Source: a candidate division WOR-3 bacterium
GTDB lineage: Bacteria > Hydrothermota > Tepidihabitantia > Tepidihabitantales > Tepidihabitantaceae
DNA length: 64,000 nucleotides
Assembly: GCA_026418295.1 (NCBI GenBank)
Contig: JAOABP010000002.1
Span: forward strand, 162,367-226,366
Direction of reading: 5' to 3'
Shown here: positions 1 through 9,356 of the stretch, piece by piece
Numbering within the stretch: position 1 is the first letter of the stretch
Layout of the letters: every line of letters starts with the position of its first letter
Position numbers and translations under genes: made by a program
The notes under the pieces: generated by a model
What the model saw: only the letters and a program-made list of their open reading frames with translations
The model's database searches: none
Told to the model about the DNA's origin: nothing

Positions 1-2
1 AT

Positions 3-1430
3 TATCGGTATTTTCAATTGCACTGGGCAGATGTCTGGACGCTTAAGGGGGACTGGACCCATAATGTGGGCAAGATTCACGAGTTTAAAGCTGGAGGAGA
101 GTTACGCCAGAATTTCTTACACCGACGTTATAATTCGCTGCCTTGGGATCCCAATCCATTTGTTGATCTATATGATGTCAGTCCTATTGGTGCTGCTTTA
201 TTTATTCAGGATAGGATGGACTTTGAAGATTTGATCGTCCGTCTCGGTCTACGTCTTGATTACCTCGATCCCAAGGCATACAAACGGGTAAATCCAGCAA
301 ATATCGAGGATACATCAACTGTGCGTGCCTCAGTTAAATATAAATTGTCCCCCCGGGTCGGCATCTCTTTCCCAATTACGACTAGGACTAAGTTCCGTTT
401 TAGTTACGGACACTTTTTCCAGACCCCAGCTTATCATTTTCTCTACGATAACATTTCTTCTGCAGCCTATGCTCGTGGTAATCAGATTATCGGTAATGTT
501 GATCTGCGGGCACAACAGACCATCGCCTACGAACTTGGAGTAGAGCAACAGATTGGTGATATTTTATTGGCAGATGCAACCGCCTATTACAAGGATGTGT
601 ATGATTTGATGGGAGTTCGATATCAGCCAGCAGTTCCTATGGGTTATTATCCGATAGTCAATGAGGAATACGGTAATATTCGTGGATTTGAAGTTGGATT
701 ACAAAAACTCGAATCCGGATACTGGACAGCGCGGATTTCATATGCCTTGTCAATTGCCCGAGGAACAGCATCATATGCATATGAGTGGTATTATGAGCGC
801 TATCGGTACGGGGTTGATCCAGTCACGGGTGAAGAGATGGAGCCGCCACGACGAGATTACGCACTCGAATTTGATGAGCGCCACAATGCAAAAATTTCGA
901 TTGGCTGTGATTTCCCGGTGGATTTTGCCTTTGTTCCCTTACGCCAATTTAACCTTTCCCTTTTGTTAAACTATGGATCCGGTTTGCCTTATTCGCCACG
1001 CGAGGTTGGACGGTTGAATGCAGGGAGACTGACAGGAGAAAGAAATTCGGCACGCATGCCACCGCGTTTTACTGCTGACCTCAATGCTGCCCGTTACTTT
1101 AACTTGGGCAAAGTAAAAACCGGTTTGACTTTAGTAGTGACAAATCTGTTTGATGCCGAAGTCGTACAATGGGTTTATGGTCATACTGGTCGCCCAGATG
1201 ATGATGGATATATCGCCGGATATTCACCAGCAAACTGGGTTTTGGATCCGGATGTAACGCTCTTGAATCTTAACAAATATAATCCCGTACGTGACATTAA
1301 TCACGATGGTTACATTACCGACGAGGAAGAATATGTAGCTTACAAGCTGGCATATCTTGATTTTGTCAACAATCCGGCAAACTTCGGACCACCAAGGCAA
1401 ATAAAAGTCGGGGTTGTGTTTGAGTTTTGA
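3..1430 (+). CDS. TonB-dependent outer-membrane receptor, C-terminal part (5' end lies outside the window)
   Basis: Frame is open from base 3. Typical barrel motifs FIQDRMDF..GLRLDY, LSPRVGISFP, FSYGHFFQ, YELGVEQQ, NLFD; terminal beta-strand ends in F (IKVGVVFEF). Confidence 0.88.
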   Translation, partial: YRYFQLHWADVWTLKGDWTHNVGKIHEFKAGGELRQNFLHRRYNSLPWDPNPFVDLYDVSPIGAALFIQDRMDFEDLIVRLGLRLDYLDPKAYKRVNPANIEDTSTVRASVKYKLSPRVGISFPITTRTKFRFSYGHFFQTPAYHFLYDNISSAAYARGNQIIGNVDLRAQQTIAYELGVEQQIGDILLADATAYYKDVYDLMGVRYQPAVPMGYYPIVNEEYGNIRGFEVGLQKLESGYWTARISYALSIARGTASYAYEWYYERYRYGVDPVTGEEMEPPRRDYALEFDERHNAKISIGCDFPVDFAFVPLRQFNLSLLLNYGSGLPYSPREVGRLNAGRLTGERNSARMPPRFTADLNAARYFNLGKVKTGLTLVVTNLFDAEVVQWVYGHTGRPDDDGYIAGYSPANWVLDPDVTLLNLNKYNPVRDINHDGYITDEEEYVAYKLAYLDFVNNPANFGPPRQIKVGVVFEF

Positions 1431-1441
1431 AGGAGGTGCAG

Positions 1442-4402
1442 ATGAAACGGTTATTGCTGGGGTTAATGATAATTGACATAATAATACCTGCGGTTTGGGC
1501 ACGCACAGCAATTCCCCAAACACGACCGGCAAGGATTTATGATTTCCAGTGGTATCAGAAAAATCAGTGGCGGCTTGCGGTTACAAATTATGGCGTATTT
1601 GGTAATGGAATAGGAAGATCAGGCGGAGAATGGCCCGCCGGTTCAGGCGATATGTATATTTATGGTGCTGGCGTCTGGATCGGCTGTATTAAAAAAACAC
1701 TTACGGGTCCTGACACTTTTGTTTCCAATGGATACAATCCTAATTCGGGTAAGTCTGAGATGACTCCTGGCTGCTATGATAATGCTGGTGGTGGCTATAG
1801 CACACGTTCTTACGAACGCATATATATTACACCCGATTTTCCGCCTAATCCGGCTGAATTTCCATCTGCTTTGCAGGATTCGATTTTAACACCACTTAGA
1901 ATTCCCAAAGGTAACGAAACCATTCCCAGCTATTTATATTACATACCTCGAACAGCTATTTCCAGTGGCGACGGCTGGGCAGTATTTAATGATGCTGATC
2001 CGTCAAATCATACTGCTGGTAGGACACCCCGTCCGATAGGAATCGAGGTTTATCAGTCAATATATTCATGGAATCTTCCGTGGAATCGAGATATCGTCTT
2101 CTTTAAGTATGATATTCGTAACCGCAGCAACGATACTTTGAAAGATCTGTATCTTGGGATTGCTTGTGACGCTGATGTCGGTAATGCCGCTGATGATTGG
2201 TGTGGCTTGTGTCTTCACAAATATATCAAAAATGCTTCTGGTACCGATTCTGTTTTTGCTGATAATCTTGGATATGTTTACAGTGATGACGCCTCGCCCA
2301 GTGGATTTGTCGGGTTCGATTTTTTGCAGAGTCCATTTGTAAAAAATCCGGACGGATCGATCGATGGTTTTGACGGTATTGATAATAACGGCAACGGTCT
2401 GATTGATGAGCCGGCTGAAGGTAAGCAGGTGGGGATGAGTTCTTTCCAGATTTTTATCCTTGCGGGGGACCCGAAGAACGACTTTGAACAGTATTTAGGG
2501 CTTGCGGGATATGACTGGAACGATCCAACTTACCCCTATGTTCCTTACGACTCAAATGATGCCGCGCCAGATGATAAAAGATTCCTTCAAGCAACAGGGC
2601 CTGTTACCCTTGCGCCCAATGAATTAACAACTGTTACGGTTGCAGTCATTGCCGCCAAGTCCGATCGAAGTGGGTCCCCATCAACTTGGCCTTATTACTT
2701 GGCAGTAGCTTCCCGGGCAGCGCAGCAGGCTTACGATAACAACTGGATCATGCCCGAACCCCCTCCGGGGCCTAATGTAACAGCCATTCCTGGTGATGGC
2801 AGGGTAACGCTTGTCTGGGATAATATTTCCGAATCGGCACGTGATCGGTTTTTCCCCCTTGCTCCTGCTCTACAAAACCCTTATTATGTTGAACAGGATT
2901 TTCAGGGCTACAAAGTTTACCGGAGTCGTTCAGGTCAACCTGGCGACTGGCAGCTGCTTGCGCAGTTTGATAAAAAAGATGGGATAGAATTTGAGGATAC
3001 AACTGTGGTTGAATCACTTCGGACCAGAGCTACAGATATCGGTCTTGTTTACTGCTTTGTTGATTCGGTCAATTTGCGTCTCGGATTTCCGTATTATTAC
3101 GCTGTTACTGCATACGATATTAATTACCTCGGAGGCGATCCTAACCAGACCCCCCCAGTTCCTCCAGATACGCTTACGCTTGAGTCCGGAATAATCGGTG
3201 TTCGAGCTGTTCCCAGAACATCCCCGTCAGGTTACGTTCCCCCTTCCGGTGCTTGGAGGCAGGTATCTGGAAATCGCCGTCTTCACATTGGAATTGAACC
3301 AATGGGAATCGTTCATTATGCAGTAAAACCGGATACCTTCTGGCTACAATTCCTACCGCCTATTTATGATCCCGTTCTCAGACAACCTCGTTACCGATAT
3401 TTTGTCGCCAATACTAACGGCGAAACACTGCAACCTGTAACCGAATTACCGATTAAACTGGATTCACGATCTGAGACTTTGAAGACTGTGGTTACAATAT
3501 TCGATTCAATCATAACAAAGATAGAGGCAAAGGAAAGTTCGATAGAAACTACCTATTCTTGGATGCCAGCTTTGCAGATTACGATGAAGTTACACATGGA
3601 TTCCATTCCATATCAGTCCTTTGACCGAATTAGAATTACAGGATCTTATCCTGCGGATTCAATTGCATTTCTTGACGATGGAACCAACAATCGAGCCTTC
3701 TGGGCATACCGAGGTTCCCACTACCGAATCGTCTGGAAAAACAAAGGAGCCGGTAGAACTGTTGAAGTATATGATATGGATAATGAAGTGGAGGTGCCAT
3801 ATCGGTATATGAGATTTCGCCGTGACCCTGATTCAGCTGATGGATGGTGTTTTCAGACAGTTAATTCTGCCGCTGATACCGTGGTATTAGGCCAGACGCT
3901 GTATCTCTCATTATGCGGTGGCCAGATAATGTTTAGGCCGCGTTCCGGAAGTCCGATTCTTCAGTTGCCCGATGACGGTGACACATGGTATGTTTATTCC
4001 AAACCTCTATCGCCTGCTCCATATAATACGCTCATGCAAATCACATTTGTACCGGGAGAAATACGAACAGATGGGGAACTACTGAAGGTAAAGGTTGTTC
4101 CCAACCCCTATCTTGTGCGAAATGAATGGGAACGGCACCGTGATTTCAGAAAACTGAAATTCATTAATCTTCCACCACACTGCAATATTTACATTTATAA
4201 CCTCGCTGGTGATCTGGTAAAGGTACTTAGACATGATGATACGCGATCTGATCTCGGCAGTGTACCCAGCCAGTACGGCGGGGATGAAGATTGGGATTTG
4301 TTGAATGAAGCGCATCAGAAGCCAGCTCCCGGGACGTATATTTTCTTTGTCGAATCTGATGACGGACGGTCTCAAACCGGAAAATTCGTGATAATTTACT
4401 AA
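1442..4402 (+). CDS. Large secreted protein with FN3-like region and T9SS-type C-terminal sorting domain
   Basis: SD AAGGAGGTG precedes ATG 1442. Signal peptide MKRLLLGL...; FN3-like PPPGPNVTAIPGDGRVTLVWD and YYYAVTAYD; CTD KVVPNPY...IYIYNLAGDLV...PGTYIF...GKFVIIY. Confidence 0.75.
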   Translation: MKRLLLGLMIIDIIIPAVWARTAIPQTRPARIYDFQWYQKNQWRLAVTNYGVFGNGIGRSGGEWPAGSGDMYIYGAGVWIGCIKKTLTGPDTFVSNGYNPNSGKSEMTPGCYDNAGGGYSTRSYERIYITPDFPPNPAEFPSALQDSILTPLRIPKGNETIPSYLYYIPRTAISSGDGWAVFNDADPSNHTAGRTPRPIGIEVYQSIYSWNLPWNRDIVFFKYDIRNRSNDTLKDLYLGIACDADVGNAADDWCGLCLHKYIKNASGTDSVFADNLGYVYSDDASPSGFVGFDFLQSPFVKNPDGSIDGFDGIDNNGNGLIDEPAEGKQVGMSSFQIFILAGDPKNDFEQYLGLAGYDWNDPTYPYVPYDSNDAAPDDKRFLQATGPVTLAPNELTTVTVAVIAAKSDRSGSPSTWPYYLAVASRAAQQAYDNNWIMPEPPPGPNVTAIPGDGRVTLVWDNISESARDRFFPLAPALQNPYYVEQDFQGYKVYRSRSGQPGDWQLLAQFDKKDGIEFEDTTVVESLRTRATDIGLVYCFVDSVNLRLGFPYYYAVTAYDINYLGGDPNQTPPVPPDTLTLESGIIGVRAVPRTSPSGYVPPSGAWRQVSGNRRLHIGIEPMGIVHYAVKPDTFWLQFLPPIYDPVLRQPRYRYFVANTNGETLQPVTELPIKLDSRSETLKTVVTIFDSIITKIEAKESSIETTYSWMPALQITMKLHMDSIPYQSFDRIRITGSYPADSIAFLDDGTNNRAFWAYRGSHYRIVWKNKGAGRTVEVYDMDNEVEVPYRYMRFRRDPDSADGWCFQTVNSAADTVVLGQTLYLSLCGGQIMFRPRSGSPILQLPDDGDTWYVYSKPLSPAPYNTLMQITFVPGEIRTDGELLKVKVVPNPYLVRNEWERHRDFRKLKFINLPPHCNIYIYNLAGDLVKVLRHDDTRSDLGSVPSQYGGDEDWDLLNEAHQKPAPGTYIFFVESDDGRSQTGKFVIIY

Positions 4403-4415
4403 AAGAGGAGGGGAA

Positions 4416-5435
4416 ATGAGGAGAGTTTTATATATCGTTCCTGTTATTATGTTAGTTATGCCGGGATATTCGGCATTTACAAAGGTGGGAATGGCAGGAC
4501 TGCCGTTCCTGAAAATAGGTGTTGGCAGATGTACAGGTATGGGGGAAGCTTTTGTTGCAATTGCCGATGATGCTACAGCGTCCTACTGGAACCCGGCTGG
4601 TCTGGCACTACTAATGCGCAATCAAGTAATTCTTAATCACATCGACTGGGTTAGCGATATCAATCACGAATTCATTGCGACTGTGCTTAATACTAAGGTC
4701 GGTAACTTCGGACTTTCTGTTGTTGCACTCTCACTTGGCAGATTTGAGGAAACTACGATTGACCAATACCAGGGGACAGGTCGTACCTTCAGTGGCAGCG
4801 ATATAGCATTGGGAATATCCTACGGTCGGATGTTCACGGATAAGCTCGCTTTTGGTCTAACAACCAAAGTAATATCAGAAAAGATCTGGAATGTGGGAAC
4901 GACTGGAATGGCATTTGATTTCGGTGTCCATTACAATACCGGATGGCGTAACTTACGACTGGGGATGGCAATCGCTAATTTCGGACCCGACCTCCGTTAT
5001 TCCGGTAGTCAACTCAATTTCACTTATGATCCACCTTGGGAATGGCCTTGGACACGAGAACCCATTCCCGCAACACTGCTTACGGAAACTTTTCCTCTTC
5101 CGATTCTTTTCCGGTTTGGAATTGCCTATGATTTCTTTAGTTATGAGAATTCAGCATTGACTGCTGCAATAGACTTGAATCACTTTAATGACGTGAATGA
5201 AAAGTTAAATTTTGGCGTAGAGTATCATATCAGTGGTTTCTATCTACGTGGCGGTTATATTCTTAATATGGATGTCAATTACGCATCCGATGTCGGGTGG
5301 GGTACAGGTGTTTCGCTTGGAACTGGTTTCCGGTTCAAACCAGTAAACGCAGTGTCATTGGGAATTGATTATGCTTATCGCAATCTCGGTAGATTGGGGC
5401 TTTCGCATCGCTTGACACTGTGTCTTGAATTCTGA
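4416..5435 (+). CDS. PorV/PorQ-family outer-membrane beta-barrel (FadL-like fold)
   Basis: Signature FLKIGVGR.TGMGEAFVAIADDATASYWNPAGLA; C-terminal DYAY...HRLTLCLEF; SD GAGGAGG. Confidence 0.85.
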   Translation: MRRVLYIVPVIMLVMPGYSAFTKVGMAGLPFLKIGVGRCTGMGEAFVAIADDATASYWNPAGLALLMRNQVILNHIDWVSDINHEFIATVLNTKVGNFGLSVVALSLGRFEETTIDQYQGTGRTFSGSDIALGISYGRMFTDKLAFGLTTKVISEKIWNVGTTGMAFDFGVHYNTGWRNLRLGMAIANFGPDLRYSGSQLNFTYDPPWEWPWTREPIPATLLTETFPLPILFRFGIAYDFFSYENSALTAAIDLNHFNDVNEKLNFGVEYHISGFYLRGGYILNMDVNYASDVGWGTGVSLGTGFRFKPVNAVSLGIDYAYRNLGRLGLSHRLTLCLEF

Positions 5436-5535
5436 TATTTAATATCGCGGGCTAACACAGATGATTTATACTTCGCACGGTAGTGGAAACGCATTTAAGA
5501 TTTTATGCTGAGACTAAAAGAGGAGATAAGAAGCC

Positions 5536-7026
5536 ATGTGTGAGGTATTGTTTTTTGCGATCTGCCATATGTATCTTGAAGAGAATGTTCAAAAAATGTT
5601 CGAACGGCAGATAATATTTACTCAGTTCCGGATTGCCGGTAATTTGCTGTGGAATTTTCTTGCAATTGACGACGTAGAGTGTGTTGAACCATTCTGGGAT
5701 ATCAATGGCGACAGCATTTCTGAAGTTTTAGTTGAATCTTTTGACACTGGTGCAAACGGTCCCGCTCATTTTTTTTGTCTATCGGGGAGAACCGGAGACA
5801 CAGTCTGGGCAGTTTGGCCCACTGGGGGCGTCAGTAACAGTGGCGGCTGGGGAGATCAATGTGTAGCATCGGTTCCTGATCTTAATGGAGATGGTATTGG
5901 TGATGCTCTGTTGGGAACTGCATGGGGGGGGAGAACGGTATTTGCCATTAGTGGTTGTGATGGAACGACGATCTGGTCCTATGATACTTACAACGACTCG
6001 ATTGCTTCAGGATGGGTTTACTGTGTCACCCACCTGCCTGATGTAGATGGTGATTTAGTCCCTGAAGTGCTGGCGGGAACCGGAAGGTATTGCCAAACTG
6101 TTTTCTGTTTTTCCGGTGCAACCGGCCGAATTCTTTGGCGGTTCTATGGTCAGGATGCATTCGGGTCGGTATGCAAAATTCCGGATGTAAATGGTGATGG
6201 TTTTGCAGATGTGATTGCCGGTACTTGGGGAAACAGTCAGGATCGGCATGTTTATTGTATTAGTGGCAACAGTCGGGGAAATCAACCGATACTTATCTGG
6301 TCATTTTACGCAGGTGGTGATATCTATTGTGTTCGTTCTTTTGCCGATATAAATGATAATGGTGTTCACGATGTTCTGGTATCCTCTTGGAATAACCACG
6401 TTTACTGCCTTGAAGGGAGTTCGGGTGAATTGATCTGGTCGGCCAATATTGGTGCCTATGGAATGAGAATAGAAACATTAGATGATCTCAATCACGATTC
6501 CATACCTGAAGTCATTGTGGGTTCATGGAATAATGCGGTAATTATTCTAGATGGAAGAAATGGTAATCAAGTCTGGCAAACCCCAGTCGGGAACGATGTT
6601 TGGACCGTAAACTCGATTGCCAGCGTGAATGGTGACAGTCAATCGGATGTAATTGCCGGGAGCGGCGATGGAAATGTATACTGTTTGGATGGAATGTCTG
6701 GTTCTATCATCTGGAGTTATGCAACTGGAGGGTGGGTAAATTCCGTTCGATGTATTAATGATGTCAACGGTGATTGTCTGCAGGATGTTATTGCTGGAAA
6801 TCAGTTTACAGCTTCTCCAGGAATCGTGTGTTGCATAGAGGGTGATACCTTAATGGTCGCTACGAAGGAGGACAGAGAGTGTTCGAGCAGAAGTACGGCT
6901 ATTTCTGAGTTGAAGATATTCTCGGCAGATGGAAGAAGAGTATCTATACCACATCAAGGTGTTTATTTCATTATAATACAAAAAGGAGGATGGCTGGAGA
7001 GAAAGAAACTGTTGATTTTGCAATGA
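5536..7026 (+). CDS. FG-GAP/PQQ-like repeat beta-propeller protein with short CTD-like tail
   Basis: About 8 repeats of D(V/I)NGDG..DV(I/L)AG...V(Y/F)C(L/I)SG..G..IW; tail LKIFSADGRRV...GVYFI...KKLLILQ; SD AGAGGAG. Confidence 0.7.
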   Translation: MCEVLFFAICHMYLEENVQKMFERQIIFTQFRIAGNLLWNFLAIDDVECVEPFWDINGDSISEVLVESFDTGANGPAHFFCLSGRTGDTVWAVWPTGGVSNSGGWGDQCVASVPDLNGDGIGDALLGTAWGGRTVFAISGCDGTTIWSYDTYNDSIASGWVYCVTHLPDVDGDLVPEVLAGTGRYCQTVFCFSGATGRILWRFYGQDAFGSVCKIPDVNGDGFADVIAGTWGNSQDRHVYCISGNSRGNQPILIWSFYAGGDIYCVRSFADINDNGVHDVLVSSWNNHVYCLEGSSGELIWSANIGAYGMRIETLDDLNHDSIPEVIVGSWNNAVIILDGRNGNQVWQTPVGNDVWTVNSIASVNGDSQSDVIAGSGDGNVYCLDGMSGSIIWSYATGGWVNSVRCINDVNGDCLQDVIAGNQFTASPGIVCCIEGDTLMVATKEDRECSSRSTAISELKIFSADGRRVSIPHQGVYFIIIQKGGWLERKKLLILQ

Positions 7027-9356
7027 ACCGGAAAGTTCGAATCGCGGTTGATCAGACTGTTAACCTTGATACTTCTTCTTTTAATCAACTTCAAATCATA
7101 AATTTACCAATTCATATTACCAATCTGTCGGATGAAATGGAAGATGCGTTGAAACATAAAGATTTTGTATCCTTTTATCGATTGCTTGAGGGGTATAACA
7201 AAAATCCTCCGCCAGCAACCAAGGCAGGGAGCCCATTTGAAATTAAGGAAATCCTTGAACGTGCAGTTATTTCCGAAAACTGCGATATAATCTGTTTTGT
7301 AGTTGGAAGACATTTGTCTGCAATCTATGATAATACCTTATACGCAGCTCAGGAACTGATGCGGATTTATTCCAACCGCATAGCTGTTATCGGTGAGCAG
7401 GCATTTCTGTCGCTTGAAATTCTGGCAGAAAGGACTGCCGAATTAGTTCGGATGGGAAAAGAATTTGACAAAGTTCTGAATTTTATTGAGGAACATCGGC
7501 ATAGAATATTTGTATTGGGAACGGTTCTGGATATCCGCCGTCTGCGTCGCACTGGTAGAGTGCCGATACCAAATTTATTCACAGGGGCGCTTCAGTCGTG
7601 TTTCAAACTATTTGGGGTCCTGCCATTTTTTATTCTCGAGAGTGATCGACCAAGATTGCAGAATTTGGTTGCTCGCCGGAATCTTACCCGGTTTATCCTT
7701 CGCGCAATTGAGGGCCGCGTAGGATTTAAGGAGCCGTTGATTATTAAAATTAGTTATACTGGAGGCGATGTTCCTGCAGATGCCCTGTATATCAAAAGTA
7801 TTCTAACAAAACAGTCTAATTTTAAAATTGCCAAGCCCATAGAGGTGAATCCTGCCAGCCCGGTTATCGGTATTCATACCGGTCCAGCGTTGGTGGCTGT
7901 GGGGGTGATGGGGCTAGGGTATGATACAATTACCACCGAGGTACTGCTTAAAGTGTTTCTTGAAGCGCAAATAGAGCTTTCGATTTTACGCACAGTGGTA
8001 AACGCAATTAATGTTTTCCCAGTACAGGATGGCGATACCGGAACAAATTTACTTTCTCCGTTAATTGGAGTAACTTCCAACATCGATCCTAATTTACCAT
8101 TGAGTGAAGCACTTAATCAGATTGTATTGCGCATAGCCCATCGAGGTGGAGGATATTCAGGTGGAGCATTGGCAGCGTTTTTCCTCGGGTTCAATTCCTG
8201 CGTGCATGAACAGGAAACTTCCAGCGAATTGCATCTTGATACGTTCGTTGCCGCACTAGAAAAGGGTGTGGACCAATGCTATAGATATTTCGGTGAAGAT
8301 GCAAAGGAGGGAACAATTCTTTCAGTAATGCGGGCGTGCTCCCTGGCAGCAAAACAGGCGTTTGAAGAGCATCCTACATTCCGCAATGTTCTGATAAGAG
8401 CATATCTTGCCGCTACAGACGAGTTGCTTAATCCTAGACTGCAGGAAGTTGAAATTCTACGCAAACAGAAACTTGTTGATGCCGGGGGATTCGGATTTAC
8501 ACTTTTTCTTTGGGCGGCACTTAGGACTTTGGGGCTACATCGGGAGCAACAGATTTACGACCGCTATCAGTATGTTCTACGTAAAGTTCGAAGCCAAGCG
8601 TATTACGGTCAGAGACTGATTTATCGTCGGCAACCCGAAGCTCTGCGGGGATATTGTGTTGAGGGATGTGTCAATGGGCAAGTCGTTGAGGAGTTGCGAG
8701 CTGAATTTTTGAAATTGGACAATCGACTGCCAAATCCCAAGATGACCTTCAATGTTATTGATAACACAACTCATTTTCACATCCATGTTTCAGAGGGATT
8801 GGAGGAACAGGTATTGCGTATCGCCAGCCGCTACGGATATGTTATCCCCCCTAGGAGTCCTACCCGACTTGCTAAACGCCGCAGAGAAATTTTCCGGTTC
8901 CGCCTAGTCAATTTATTCAGCAACATTAACCGAATTACCAGCACCTTGGCTCACTTTTTCGGAAACTGGCTTCTGCATATACTTTTTTTCCCGATAATAT
9001 GGGAGCGGCACCAGCAGCGTTTGAAGAAGCTGTTACGCGAGTTGGCATATGCGCAGCTGATTTCTATGGCAATGGATTTTCTTGTCCAAAGTGAATCATG
9101 GCAGACAAGCGTGGTTGATGCTGATTTGTCTGTTGTTTTTTTGAATGGGAAACACAAGGGAAACAGCCCACTAACCTTGGAACAGGTCTTTCCATGGGAT
9201 GTTGCGCGGGAACTTAGGAGTCGATTAATTCAGATGTCTGAACAACGACGTTCATTAATCCAGTTTGAGTACCATGGATACAGATTTGAAGCGGTTCTGC
9301 TTGCCTCTAGTGAACGTGTAGGCTATTTGCTTAGATATTACCAAGAGCGCGTGTGA
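7023..9356 (+). CDS. DegV (FakB-like) - DAK2 (FakA-like) fatty-acid kinase fusion with extra PAS-like C-terminal domain
   Basis: DegV features: RIAVDQT, LSAIY, TGRV, IHTGP. DAK2/FakA features: NAINVFPVQDGDTGTN, KEGTILSV, VDAGG, GYCVE, HFHIHV. ATG 7023 overlaps the upstream stop (ATGA). Confidence 0.8.
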   Translation: MNRKVRIAVDQTVNLDTSSFNQLQIINLPIHITNLSDEMEDALKHKDFVSFYRLLEGYNKNPPPATKAGSPFEIKEILERAVISENCDIICFVVGRHLSAIYDNTLYAAQELMRIYSNRIAVIGEQAFLSLEILAERTAELVRMGKEFDKVLNFIEEHRHRIFVLGTVLDIRRLRRTGRVPIPNLFTGALQSCFKLFGVLPFFILESDRPRLQNLVARRNLTRFILRAIEGRVGFKEPLIIKISYTGGDVPADALYIKSILTKQSNFKIAKPIEVNPASPVIGIHTGPALVAVGVMGLGYDTITTEVLLKVFLEAQIELSILRTVVNAINVFPVQDGDTGTNLLSPLIGVTSNIDPNLPLSEALNQIVLRIAHRGGGYSGGALAAFFLGFNSCVHEQETSSELHLDTFVAALEKGVDQCYRYFGEDAKEGTILSVMRACSLAAKQAFEEHPTFRNVLIRAYLAATDELLNPRLQEVEILRKQKLVDAGGFGFTLFLWAALRTLGLHREQQIYDRYQYVLRKVRSQAYYGQRLIYRRQPEALRGYCVEGCVNGQVVEELRAEFLKLDNRLPNPKMTFNVIDNTTHFHIHVSEGLEEQVLRIASRYGYVIPPRSPTRLAKRRREIFRFRLVNLFSNINRITSTLAHFFGNWLLHILFFPIIWERHQQRLKKLLRELAYAQLISMAMDFLVQSESWQTSVVDADLSVVFLNGKHKGNSPLTLEQVFPWDVARELRSRLIQMSEQRRSLIQFEYHGYRFEAVLLASSERVGYLLRYYQERV

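Noticed and set aside
6990..7022. Upstream start for the DegV-DAK2 ORF
   Set aside because: DegV homology begins at M7023, which forms an ATGA coupling with the previous stop.
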